A stretch of 32,000 nt of DNA, taken from the NCBI RefSeq assembly GCF_021378375.1, contig NZ_CP076228.1:180001-212000 (forward strand), in the 5' to 3' direction. Source of the stretch: Wolbachia endosymbiont of Drosophila innubila. Lineage in GTDB: Bacteria > Pseudomonadota > Alphaproteobacteria > Rickettsiales > Anaplasmataceae. Shown here one piece after another: positions 20,770 to 29,596 of the stretch. The stretch's first letter is position 1, and each line of letters starts with the position of its first letter. Position numbers and translations under genes: made by a program. The notes under the pieces were generated by a model. The model was not told the origin of the DNA. It saw only the letters and a list, made by a program, of their open reading frames with translations, and did not search any database.

Positions 20770-21801
20770 ATGACAAAAATTATAGCAAAAGAATATACAG
20801 AATTTTTAGAGCAATTGAAGGATCATATTGCAACAAACCGTTATAAAGCAGCACTTGCAGTAAATAGTAAGCTTATTTTGCTTTACCACCATATTGGTAC
20901 AGAGATCCTAAAACGCCAAAAAGAACATACCTGGGGAGCTAAGGTAATTGATCAATTAAGTAAGGATTTGAGAAGTACATTTCCAGAAATGAAAGGCTTT
21001 AGCATGAGAAATCTGAAGTATATGCGTAAGTTTGCCGAAGAATATCCTGATGTTGAATTTGTGCAGGAGCCTCTTGCACAATTAACTTGGTATCACAATA
21101 TCACTCTTTTGGAAAAAATAGAAAGTCATGAAATAAGATTATTTTATGTAAAAAAAGCTATTGAACATGGCTGGTCACGTAACATTATGGTGATGCAGAT
21201 AGAACTTGGACTACATAAACGTCAAGGAAAAGCAATAACTAATTTTAAAGAAAAATTACCATCTCCACAATCCGATCTAGCACATTACACATTAAAAGAT
21301 CCGTATATTTTTGATTTTTTAAGTATAGGTAAGGATGCTCATGAAAGAGAAGTAGAAAAAGGACTCGTAGGGCATATGGAAAAATTTCTGTTAGAACTCG
21401 GTGAAGGATTTGCATTTGTTGGTAGACAATTTCATTTAGATGTTGGTAATAAAGACTTTTATATTGATTTATTATTCTATCATTTAAAGTTACGTTGCTT
21501 CGTAGTGATTGAACTAAAAGATAAGGATTTTAAGCCGGAATATGCTGGTAAAATGAATTTTTATCTTTCTGCAGTTGATGATTTACTGAAGCACTCGACA
21601 GATCAACCTTCTATAGGGTTAATCTTATGTAAATCTAAAGACGATGTACTTGCTAAATATACACTCCGAGACATGAACAAGCCAATAGGGCTAGCAGAAT
21701 ATCGAATAACTGAAAATCTACCAGAGAACATAAAAACAGCTTTACCGACGATAGAAGAATTAGAAGCTGAATTATCCAAAATTTCAGACGAGGAAAAGTA
21801 A
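20770..21801 (+). CDS. YhcG-family PD-(D/E)xK nuclease domain protein (DUF1016)
   Basis: The 343-aa ORF has the N-terminal DUF1016-type helical region (YHHIGTEILKRQKEHTWGAKVIDQLSKDL...MKGFSMRNLKYMRKFAEEYP...LTWYHNITLLEKI). The C-terminal nuclease core is GFAFVGRQFHLDVGNKDFYIDLLFYHLKLRCFVVIELK (D...ExK). Confidence 0.8.
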   Translation: MTKIIAKEYTEFLEQLKDHIATNRYKAALAVNSKLILLYHHIGTEILKRQKEHTWGAKVIDQLSKDLRSTFPEMKGFSMRNLKYMRKFAEEYPDVEFVQEPLAQLTWYHNITLLEKIESHEIRLFYVKKAIEHGWSRNIMVMQIELGLHKRQGKAITNFKEKLPSPQSDLAHYTLKDPYIFDFLSIGKDAHEREVEKGLVGHMEKFLLELGEGFAFVGRQFHLDVGNKDFYIDLLFYHLKLRCFVVIELKDKDFKPEYAGKMNFYLSAVDDLLKHSTDQPSIGLILCKSKDDVLAKYTLRDMNKPIGLAEYRITENLPENIKTALPTIEELEAELSKISDEEK

Positions 21802-22007
21802 TGTTACTAAAATCATTCAAACAATTATTTAGCAAACCAAAAGCTCAGTATGAAATGCATCAGGCTCAGGAAGAAGAGTGGCAGCCAATAACTTACTCTC
21901 TCATAGCCTTGAAACTTTGGAAGCAAACAGTAACGGAGTAAGTGATTTTTATGGATTATACGCTCTAGGTGCACTATCCTATATATCATACGGTCAATAC
22001 ACTCTAA

Positions 22008-22730
22008 ATGAGATGGAAAGATGAAGGCATCATTATAGCTGCTAAAAAATACGGCGATAAAAACTTAATTCTTTCTCTGTTTACAAAAAATCATGGAAAG
22101 CGCAGGGGATTAACTAAGCTAACAAACAATAGCAATTATAAGTTTCAGATAAGTAATCTATTACATGCAGAATGGAGTGCTAAGTTACCTGAAAATCTAG
22201 GTTTTTTTAAGTGCGAATTAATCGAATCTCCATTCCATCATTTCTTTCAAGATAGGTTAAAAAGCATTACTATTGTTTCTTTCTCCTCTATTTTAGAAAA
22301 AGTGCTTCCAGAAAGTGAACCCTGTGCCATGCTGTATGACAATTTTCGATATTTCATCGATGTAATTAAACACAACAATCAGTCTTGGCAAAGCCATTAT
22401 CTTAACTTAGAGCTTCTGCTTCTTACGCAATTGGGATTCAAGTTAGACTTATCCAAATGCGCTGTAACAGGTGTTAAGGAAAATTTACAATTTATTTCTC
22501 CAAAAACTGGTAGAGCAGTGTCAAAAAAAGTAGGAGATTATTATGCAGATAAACTCCTACCTTTTCCACAAATGTTACATGATGTATACAATAATAACCT
22601 ACAAAACAGCTACTCATTCCAAGAATTTCAGTTAGGACTGAAAGTCACAGGATATTTTTTAAATAAGTATCTATTTTTGCAGTTAAACGTGAAATTTCCA
22701 GAGCTGAGAAACCTCATGTTGTCGCTTTAA
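22008..22730 (+). CDS. recO: DNA repair protein RecO
   Basis: The 240-aa ORF has an N-terminal OB-fold pattern (MRWKDEGIIIAAKKYGDKNLILSLFTKNHGKRRGL) and an overall length and layout typical of RecO. Confidence 0.9.
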   Translation: MRWKDEGIIIAAKKYGDKNLILSLFTKNHGKRRGLTKLTNNSNYKFQISNLLHAEWSAKLPENLGFFKCELIESPFHHFFQDRLKSITIVSFSSILEKVLPESEPCAMLYDNFRYFIDVIKHNNQSWQSHYLNLELLLLTQLGFKLDLSKCAVTGVKENLQFISPKTGRAVSKKVGDYYADKLLPFPQMLHDVYNNNLQNSYSFQEFQLGLKVTGYFLNKYLFLQLNVKFPELRNLMLSL

Positions 22731-22740
22731 TCTTAGCAGT

Positions 22741-22910
22741 CCTACGTCATACCGCGATTCATTCGCGGTATCTCTTAGCATAGATCCAGCTAACAAGTAG
22801 CGGTATGACGAACTTATCGTCATGCCACCGCGAACCGTCATACCGTGATTTATTCACGGTATCTCTTAGCATAGATCCAGCTAACAAGCAGCGGGACGAC
22901 GGTTGTCAGG
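22741..22910. repeat. Two family-A composite palindromic repeat units
   Basis: The first unit is cctacgtcataccgcgattcattcgcggtatctcttagcatagatccagctaacaagtagcggtatgacg. The second is ..ttatcgtcatgccaccgcgaaccgtcataccgtgatttattcacggtatctcttagcatagatccagctaacaagcagcgggacgacggttgtcagg. The block starts 11 nt after the recO stop. Confidence 0.8.
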
Positions 22911-22933
22911 GTGTCATCCCAGCGCCCCTATGA

Positions 22934-23069
22934 TGTCATCCCAGTGCCCAGACACTGGGATCCAGAAAAGTTTGCTTGTGAACAAGCAAACTAGCATGGA
23001 AAGTGGTTACAACGTTTTCGATGAGATTATATGGAAAACTGGATTCCAGTGTCAAGCACTGGAATGACA
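22934..23069. repeat. Uninterrupted full-length family-B palindromic element (~136 bp)
   Basis: The left module is tgtcatcccagtgcccagacactgggatccagaaaag. The core includes a 24-bp near-perfect palindrome agtttgcttgtgaacaagcaaact (22969-22992). The right module is ggaaaactggattccagtgtcaagcactggaatgaca. The outer termini tgtcat/atgaca are inverted. Confidence 0.7.
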
Positions 23070-23175
23070 AGGTATAAACCTTATCGTCATGCTGCCGCGA
23101 ACCGTCATACCGCGATTCATTCGCGGTATCTCAGCATAGATTCCGCTAACTAGTAGCGGAATGACGGTTGTCGGC
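23070..23175. repeat. Family-A composite palindromic repeat unit
   Basis: aggtataaaccttatcgtcatgctgccgcgaaccgtcataccgcgattcattcgcggtatctcagcatagattccgctaactagtagcggaatgacggttgtcgg. It is near-identical over its first ~60 nt to the unit at 1739-1833 and ends about 15 nt from the pleD stop. Confidence 0.8.
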
Positions 23176-23189
23176 AAACTTAAGCCACT

Positions 23190-24572
23190 TTAGCTATAGC
23201 CAGTAACCACTCTATTTCTACCACTGTTTTTTGCTTTATATAAATATTTGTCGGCACGTACTATAAATTCTTTAATATTGTCAAGGTCAGATTCTTGCAT
23301 TTCTGCAATTCCAATGCTCACAGTTACATCGTGGGTTGTATTTTTATCCGCAAGTATAAAAGGTTTTTTAGCAATAATTTTTCGTATTCTCTCCGCAATA
23401 GTATACGCATCTGATACATTGGTATCTGGCATTACAACAACAAACTCCTCACCACCAAACCTAGCTAGTAAATCTGTCACTCTGATATTTTCAGAAATTC
23501 TTTTCTGTATTTGCTTTAAAAGTTCATCTCCAGCACTATGCCCAAAACTGTCATTCACTATCTTAAAATAGTCTATATCAAGTATCATAAGAGACAACCT
23601 TCTATCCTTTTCCACAGAGTCCTTAACAATGTTTTTTAAGTGTGCATCAAAATATCTTCTATTATAACAGTTAGTTAATGGGTCCTTTATAGACATTTCC
23701 GCATTATTAAATAAATTCATTCTCAAGGCATCTTGATATCTTTTGCGTTTTACTTGCGAATTAACCCTTGCTATTAGCTCACCCTCATCCAAAGGTACTG
23801 TTAAATAATCATTAGCACCTACATCAAGTGCTTTTACTAAATTGTTTTTATCATAATCCTCAGAAAGAATCAGAATTGGTGTATAACGTGTTTCCACCTT
23901 ACTACGAAACTCAGAACACAAACGCAAGCCGTCAGTTTTTGAAAATTGCATATCAGAAATGATCAGGTCGTAACCATTCTCAATACCAACCTTCAATGCT
24001 TCCATTGGATCACTCAGTATTTTAATTGACCTAAAGCGTTGCTTTAATATATTATATATCTGCTCTGCTTGATGAACATCCTCATCTATAACAAGTACGT
24101 TAGCATCAAAAATCTGATTGGAATAATCCATAATACTGTTTCCTGCGACTCCACCAATCTCAGCGTTAGTTTCTCCTCTCAAACGCAATTCATCGATAAT
24201 CATCTTTAAGCGTGTGAGAGACTTAATTCGTGAAGATAAAGCAGTTTCGTTTATTGGTTTAGTCAGAAAATCATCCGCGCCAGCATTAATACCTTGCACT
24301 CTATCATGAGTATCATGCAGCGCAGTTACCATAATTATTGGAATATGGGTTGTCAAGGGATCACTCTTTAGCTCCTTACAAACTTCAAAGCCATTCATCT
24401 TTGGCATCATGATATCAAGTAATATAATATCAGGCTGCTGCTTTGCTACTAAATCTATAGCTTCTTCACCATCATGAGCTACGATAACCGTATAGTACTC
24501 TGCTTTTAGTCGAGCTTCTAAAAGCTTGACATTAGATAGTACATCATCTACTACCAGAATCTTCGCTGTCAT
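23190..24572 (-). CDS. pleD: Response-regulator diguanylate cyclase PleD (REC-REC-GGDEF)
   Basis: The 460-aa ORF has REC1 with ..IILLDIMMPKMNG.. and REC2 with ..LIISDMQFSKTDG... The GGDEF domain carries the GGEEF active site and RVTD (RxxD I-site) exactly 5 residues upstream (RVTDLLARFGGEEF). Confidence 0.9.
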   Translation of the reverse strand: MTAKILVVDDVLSNVKLLEARLKAEYYTVIVAHDGEEAIDLVAKQQPDIILLDIMMPKMNGFEVCKELKSDPLTTHIPIIMVTALHDTHDRVQGINAGADDFLTKPINETALSSRIKSLTRLKMIIDELRLRGETNAEIGGVAGNSIMDYSNQIFDANVLVIDEDVHQAEQIYNILKQRFRSIKILSDPMEALKVGIENGYDLIISDMQFSKTDGLRLCSEFRSKVETRYTPILILSEDYDKNNLVKALDVGANDYLTVPLDEGELIARVNSQVKRKRYQDALRMNLFNNAEMSIKDPLTNCYNRRYFDAHLKNIVKDSVEKDRRLSLMILDIDYFKIVNDSFGHSAGDELLKQIQKRISENIRVTDLLARFGGEEFVVVMPDTNVSDAYTIAERIRKIIAKKPFILADKNTTHDVTVSIGIAEMQESDLDNIKEFIVRADKYLYKAKNSGRNRVVTGYS

Positions 24573-24840
24573 TATCTTTAGATGTATTATCTATATCGTA
24601 AGTAGGATAAAGCTTACCATTTTTACCAACTATGTAATTTACTTTCTCAGTATTACACTCTTTATATAAGTCTTCAATTCCGGCATCCTTCAATAACCTT
24701 CTGGCTTTTAACCTTACAATTGTAAAATACCTATATATAGTCTTAATAAAATCAATAAATACAGGTACCTTATTTTTATCAAGAACAATTATGCTCACTA
24801 AAGCTACAACTAAAATTTCTGAAAGACCTATATTGAACAT
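24544..24840 (-). CDS. tatB: Sec-independent (twin-arginine) translocase subunit, TatB-like
   Basis: I prefer the internal ATG at 24840, giving MFNIGLSEILVVALVSIIVL.. (MF[DN]IG..E pattern of TatB) followed by an amphipathic helix. It lies 4 nt after the gdh stop, and its 3' end overlaps the pleD start by 29 nt. Confidence 0.7.
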   Translation of the reverse strand: MFNIGLSEILVVALVSIIVLDKNKVPVFIDFIKTIYRYFTIVRLKARRLLKDAGIEDLYKECNTEKVNYIVGKNGKLYPTYDIDNTSKDNDSEDSGSR

Positions 24841-24844
24841 TTTC

Positions 24845-27800
24845 CTATGAAGCAAGTACTTTAATCCTTCTGATTATAAATATTAATTTGCTTAAATCAA
24901 GTTTAGAAGCAACCATCTCATCTAAAAAACTATTATAACGTTCTATGTAGTCCTTATCATTACAAGCCCAGGTTTGAACCTTATCTTCAGGGTTATCAGT
25001 AGCTTTTATGACTTTAACAGCTAGCTTGTGATGGTAATTGCTTAAATCGTCCAATAAATCATTAACTAAGCTGCGATCCCAATAAGAAGAGCGGCTTTTC
25101 ATCTTGATGGCAATTGTCCTAATCAGATCGAATCTTAACAGCGACTTTAACTCAAAGTATATTTTACCAGCATCAAGAATGGACAAAGATGTCTGTTCAG
25201 CAACAGATATAATATCCAGTGCATAAGTAAGAACGCACAGGTCAGCAATTTTTTTTGCTAGATCTTTATCTATATTAAGTTCCACTAAAGAAGTGTATCC
25301 ATGATTATAGACCTTTAACTGGTGTTCATCTAAAACATCATGGCCTAAAGTTTCAATTGCATCTTTAAATTTTGTAACATCATCCAATTCTACAAAGCTA
25401 AGATTTTTTACTAACCAAAACGATACTCTGCCAATAAATTTCTGCACATTTCTCACTATTTGCAAGTATGAGTTAATATCAATTTTTCCATCCAATTCAT
25501 CAATTTTCTGCCACAGGTTATTTAAATCATATAGGTGGTTAACAACGATATATATGTTAACTGCTTCGTGTACCTTAATTCCAGTATTCTCAACTAAATT
25601 ATTAATAAATATACAGCCCATCCTATTTACAACATCATTTGCAATGCAAGTGGAGATAATTTCTCTACGAAGTTGGTGTTTTAATATGAAATCCTTAAAC
25701 TCTGTTAACATCTTTTTAGGAAAATAACCTAGCAAGTAGTCATTAGATATAAGATCTTTTTCAGGCAGATCGGAATGTATAATTTTATTTTTTATTGCTG
25801 TTCTAGCATAAGATATTAGAATAGAAAGCTGAGGAGAACTGAAACCTTCTGCACCGGTTAACATCCTTGCTACCTCTTCGTCAGCTGGAAGAAATTCTAC
25901 GCTTCGGTTTAACAGCCCAGATTTTTCTAAACTGAGCAGTAACCTGTGGTCCTGCTCCAATCTCTCTTTAGCTTGCAAACACTCAAGAAGTAATGCTTTT
26001 GTTTCAATTCTGTTGTGGTTCTCAAGCACCTTGGATGCAACTTCATCCACCATACTTGCCAGTATTTCATTCCTTTTTTCTAAAGAAATACCCCCTGCTT
26101 TCATAGCTGAAACAAATGCAATCTTAATGTTAACTTCAAGGTCCGAACATATCACTCCGGCTGAATTATCAACAAAATCTGCATTGATATATCCACCTCT
26201 TTCAGCATATTCTATTCTCCCAAGCTGTGTACAACCAAGATTTCCACCCTCTATAAACATAGAAGCTCTAATATCCTTACCGTTTACTCTTAATTCATCG
26301 TTTGCTTTGTCACCGACCATGCTATGACTTTCACTCTTTGCCTTAACAAACGTGCCGATTCCTCCGTTCCATATGAAGTCCACTTCTGCTTTGAGTAGAT
26401 ATCTAATCAAATCACTTGGAGATAACGTATCTTCCGTTATGTCAAAGCATTTTTTCATTTCTTGAGAAAGATTTACTTGCTTGCTGCTACGCTCAAATAC
26501 CCCGCCACCCTGAGAGATCAAATCTTTGTTATAATCCATCCAGGTTGAAAATGGTAACTTAAAGAGACGTTTACGTTCTGTGAAACTCTTTTCTGCATCA
26601 GGATTTGGATCAATAAAAATATGCATATGGTTAAATGCGCCGATTAAATGTATATTTTTTGAAAGCAGCATACCGTTTCCAAATAGATCGCCAGCCATAT
26701 CCCCAATTCCAATAACAGTTGCATCCTGGTAAATATCCTTATTCATTTTCCAAAAATGCCTCTGTGCTGCAATCCATGCACCTCTTGCTGTAATACCCAT
26801 TTTCTTATGGTCGTAACCTACTGATCCACCAGATGCAAATGCATCGCCAAGCCAAAAGTTATATTCAGAGGCTATCTGGTTGGCATAATCAGAAAATGAA
26901 GCAGTTCCTTTATCAGCAGCAACCACGAGATATGGATCATCTTCATCATACCTAATCACATTCTCTGGTGGAATTATTTTACCATCAACCACGTTATCAG
27001 TAATATCAAGCATTCCTCTGATAAAACTCTTATAGCACTCAACACTTTTCTCTCTTAAAATATTCTTATCTTTATAAGCTTGCTTTATTACAAACCCACC
27101 CTTTGCACCAACAGGGACAATAACCGCATTTTTTGTCATCTGAGCTTTCATGAGCCCCAAAACTTCAGTGCGAAAATCTTCCGTCCTATCCGACCACCTT
27201 AAGCCACCACGGGCTAATTTCCCTCCTCTTAGATGTATTCCCTCAAAAAGGTTTGAATAAATATACAATTCACGATACGGACGAGGATCAGGTAAACCAT
27301 TTATTTTACTTGAGTCAAATTTTGTAGATAAATATGGTTTATCGTCTTGATAATAACTGGTCCTTAAAATAGCCATTATCAAGTTAAATATCGAGCGCAA
27401 AACGTAATCATGTGAAACATTGCTGATCTCTTTTAGAAGTTCCTCAATTTTTTCTCTGACAATGTCCGTAGTTTCTGCTCTATCAATGTCTATGTTAGGA
27501 TCAAATCTTGCATGAAATAGTTGTATCAAATACTTTACTATTTTTGGATGCTCTGAGACTACCTTTTGGATATATTCTGGATTGTAGTTAAATGACGTCT
27601 GCTTTAGGTAAGCACTTAACGCTCTAACCAGAAGCACTTCTTTCCACTTGAGCCCAGCAATAATGATCAAACTATTGAAATAGTCATTTTTAATTTCCTT
27701 GCTAAACACTTTCGCAAGTGTTATTTCAAATTGCTCTTTTAGAGTAATGTTGTCTATTAATTCATCGACTCTTGACAACACAAAATGGTGTATCCATATT

Positions 27801-29581
27801 CCACCGTTAATTTCTATGTAATAGCCATTATGAGATAGAATTTTAGCTCCCAAATTCTTAGTGATCCTTAATATCTTCGATAATTCAAGGCCTCCATTGT
27901 TTGGAGTATAAACCTTTAATTGATAGTTAAGATTATCACGAGTAAGTCTTAAATCGACCTCGCTAACTCCTTTCTTCCTCACTATCTCCAATTTTTTCAT
28001 ATCGTAATATGCGTCATGAGGTTCGAAACTCTCTTGATAGCTTATTGGAAATGCCTTGCAATAACGGATGAATATATCCTCAACAGTGCTAAAAGTATTG
28101 TATAAATTGTCTATAAAACGATCTTCCCACTTTTCTGTAATGTTTCTTAATTTGTTTTCGATACGCAAAACTTCATCATCAAGAACGCTAGCATTTTTGG
28201 TCTTTAGCACTACATGCAATTTCATCAAATCATATTCATTGATAATGTGATTGTTATAAATATCTGAACTTCCTGCACTTGTCTCATCCTTCAATATGTC
28301 ACGTATCTTGAACATTAGCCTAGCGCTAGCATAACGCATCGGTATCAGCACTATGCAACTAATAAAATCCCCGACTCTTCTTAAAAATAATCTGACCCTT
28401 GGCCTAATCGCAAGAGACATGATCGAAATGCAAATTTTAAATAATTCGTCTTCATTTGATTGGAATAATTCATCACAAGAGAACACTTGCAAAATAGAAA
28501 TCAAAGCTTTGTTATTGTGGCCCCCGGTTACAAACCCTGCATTTTTTTCTATAACTTTAACTTTATCTCTTATTATTGGAATAGTTCTAATATCTTGGAC
28601 CTCCGCTACAGAAGTAAATAGCCCGAAAAAACGCCGTTCCTTTACCACATTACCCTGGTCATCAAATTCTTTTACTCCTATACAATTCATGTATGTACGC
28701 CGATGGACTATTGAGATTAGATCTGGTCTCAATATGTATAGGGAATCAAGGTTTGCAGAAGGAATCAACGTACTTTGACCTACTCTCATCAGGCCAAGGT
28801 CCTTTTTGCTGTCACAGACGAGTTTTTCATCTTTACCAGCAATATATTCTTGATAACCTAGAAATACGAAGTTATTATTCTTTAACCAAACTAGAAAATC
28901 TTTTTGCTCTTGATTTCGGTCTGGTGTCATTCCAGTGCGTGACACTGGAATCCACGTGTCCTTTTCCTGGATCCCAGCTGGGATGACAGAAAGACTTGCC
29001 TCATCAAGTTTCTTGAGCATTAAGTGCCAATCTTTCACAACGCAATTAACCGCTTTCAGCGTTTTCTGTAGAGATTCTTTTAATGTATCAACAAAGCTGT
29101 CACTTATACCTTTGATAATTACATATATGACTGACTCTTTGACTCCATTGCTTTCTTCCAAAGAGTAAATCTCATCTATTAGGCCATCTTTTCTTTTAAT
29201 GTTAATTATGCTATTGCTGTAATAGCATATGGTTAAATCGTGCGACTTAATAGTTGCAATAACGGAGTCAACCAAAAATGGCATATCATCGTTTGTTATC
29301 TTAATCGTGGTAAAATCGCCTTCTATTCCTGGTATATCATCTATATTGCTTACTACTAACTTACTTTCATCTTTCTCTTTTTGAGAAACAAAATTGTAAG
29401 CATCGTTTACAATATATAGCAAAAACTTATCATTGGCTTTTAGGTCGCTTTTATAAACAAAACTATAAAAATACTTAATAAATTTTTTAATTTTTTCTTT
29501 ATCTTGCTGATTTTCTTGATCAGCTAACTTAAATAAAGACTCAGTGTCAACATTATGATCTATACACATTTTTTTTAACAA
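24845..29581 (-). CDS. NAD-specific glutamate dehydrogenase, large (~180 kDa) bacterial class
   Basis: The 1578-aa ORF has the catalytic core GGKLARGGLRWSDRTEDFRTEVLGLMKAQMTKNAVIVPVGAKGGFV and ...DKGTASFSDYAN...GYDHKKMGITARGAW..., characteristic of the Bac_GDH family. The start is either TTG 29581 or ATG 29569. Confidence 0.9.
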   Translation of the reverse strand: MLKKMCIDHNVDTESLFKLADQENQQDKEKIKKFIKYFYSFVYKSDLKANDKFLLYIVNDAYNFVSQKEKDESKLVVSNIDDIPGIEGDFTTIKITNDDMPFLVDSVIATIKSHDLTICYYSNSIINIKRKDGLIDEIYSLEESNGVKESVIYVIIKGISDSFVDTLKESLQKTLKAVNCVVKDWHLMLKKLDEASLSVIPAGIQEKDTWIPVSRTGMTPDRNQEQKDFLVWLKNNNFVFLGYQEYIAGKDEKLVCDSKKDLGLMRVGQSTLIPSANLDSLYILRPDLISIVHRRTYMNCIGVKEFDDQGNVVKERRFFGLFTSVAEVQDIRTIPIIRDKVKVIEKNAGFVTGGHNNKALISILQVFSCDELFQSNEDELFKICISIMSLAIRPRVRLFLRRVGDFISCIVLIPMRYASARLMFKIRDILKDETSAGSSDIYNNHIINEYDLMKLHVVLKTKNASVLDDEVLRIENKLRNITEKWEDRFIDNLYNTFSTVEDIFIRYCKAFPISYQESFEPHDAYYDMKKLEIVRKKGVSEVDLRLTRDNLNYQLKVYTPNNGGLELSKILRITKNLGAKILSHNGYYIEINGGIWIHHFVLSRVDELIDNITLKEQFEITLAKVFSKEIKNDYFNSLIIIAGLKWKEVLLVRALSAYLKQTSFNYNPEYIQKVVSEHPKIVKYLIQLFHARFDPNIDIDRAETTDIVREKIEELLKEISNVSHDYVLRSIFNLIMAILRTSYYQDDKPYLSTKFDSSKINGLPDPRPYRELYIYSNLFEGIHLRGGKLARGGLRWSDRTEDFRTEVLGLMKAQMTKNAVIVPVGAKGGFVIKQAYKDKNILREKSVECYKSFIRGMLDITDNVVDGKIIPPENVIRYDEDDPYLVVAADKGTASFSDYANQIASEYNFWLGDAFASGGSVGYDHKKMGITARGAWIAAQRHFWKMNKDIYQDATVIGIGDMAGDLFGNGMLLSKNIHLIGAFNHMHIFIDPNPDAEKSFTERKRLFKLPFSTWMDYNKDLISQGGGVFERSSKQVNLSQEMKKCFDITEDTLSPSDLIRYLLKAEVDFIWNGGIGTFVKAKSESHSMVGDKANDELRVNGKDIRASMFIEGGNLGCTQLGRIEYAERGGYINADFVDNSAGVICSDLEVNIKIAFVSAMKAGGISLEKRNEILASMVDEVASKVLENHNRIETKALLLECLQAKERLEQDHRLLLSLEKSGLLNRSVEFLPADEEVARMLTGAEGFSSPQLSILISYARTAIKNKIIHSDLPEKDLISNDYLLGYFPKKMLTEFKDFILKHQLRREIISTCIANDVVNRMGCIFINNLVENTGIKVHEAVNIYIVVNHLYDLNNLWQKIDELDGKIDINSYLQIVRNVQKFIGRVSFWLVKNLSFVELDDVTKFKDAIETLGHDVLDEHQLKVYNHGYTSLVELNIDKDLAKKIADLCVLTYALDIISVAEQTSLSILDAGKIYFELKSLLRFDLIRTIAIKMKSRSSYWDRSLVNDLLDDLSNYHHKLAVKVIKATDNPEDKVQTWACNDKDYIERYNSFLDEMVASKLDLSKLIFIIRRIKVLAS
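28923..28990. repeat. Compact family-B palindromic element carried in-frame inside the glutamate dehydrogenase ORF
   Basis: ggtgtcattccagtgcgtgacactggaatccacgtgtccttttcctggatcccagctgggatgacag contains both hairpin modules of the intergenic family-B copies. It is translated as ..VIPAGIQEKDTWIPVSRTGMTP.. Boundaries are approximate. Confidence 0.7.
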
Positions 29582-29596
29582 AAATACACAGTGAAC

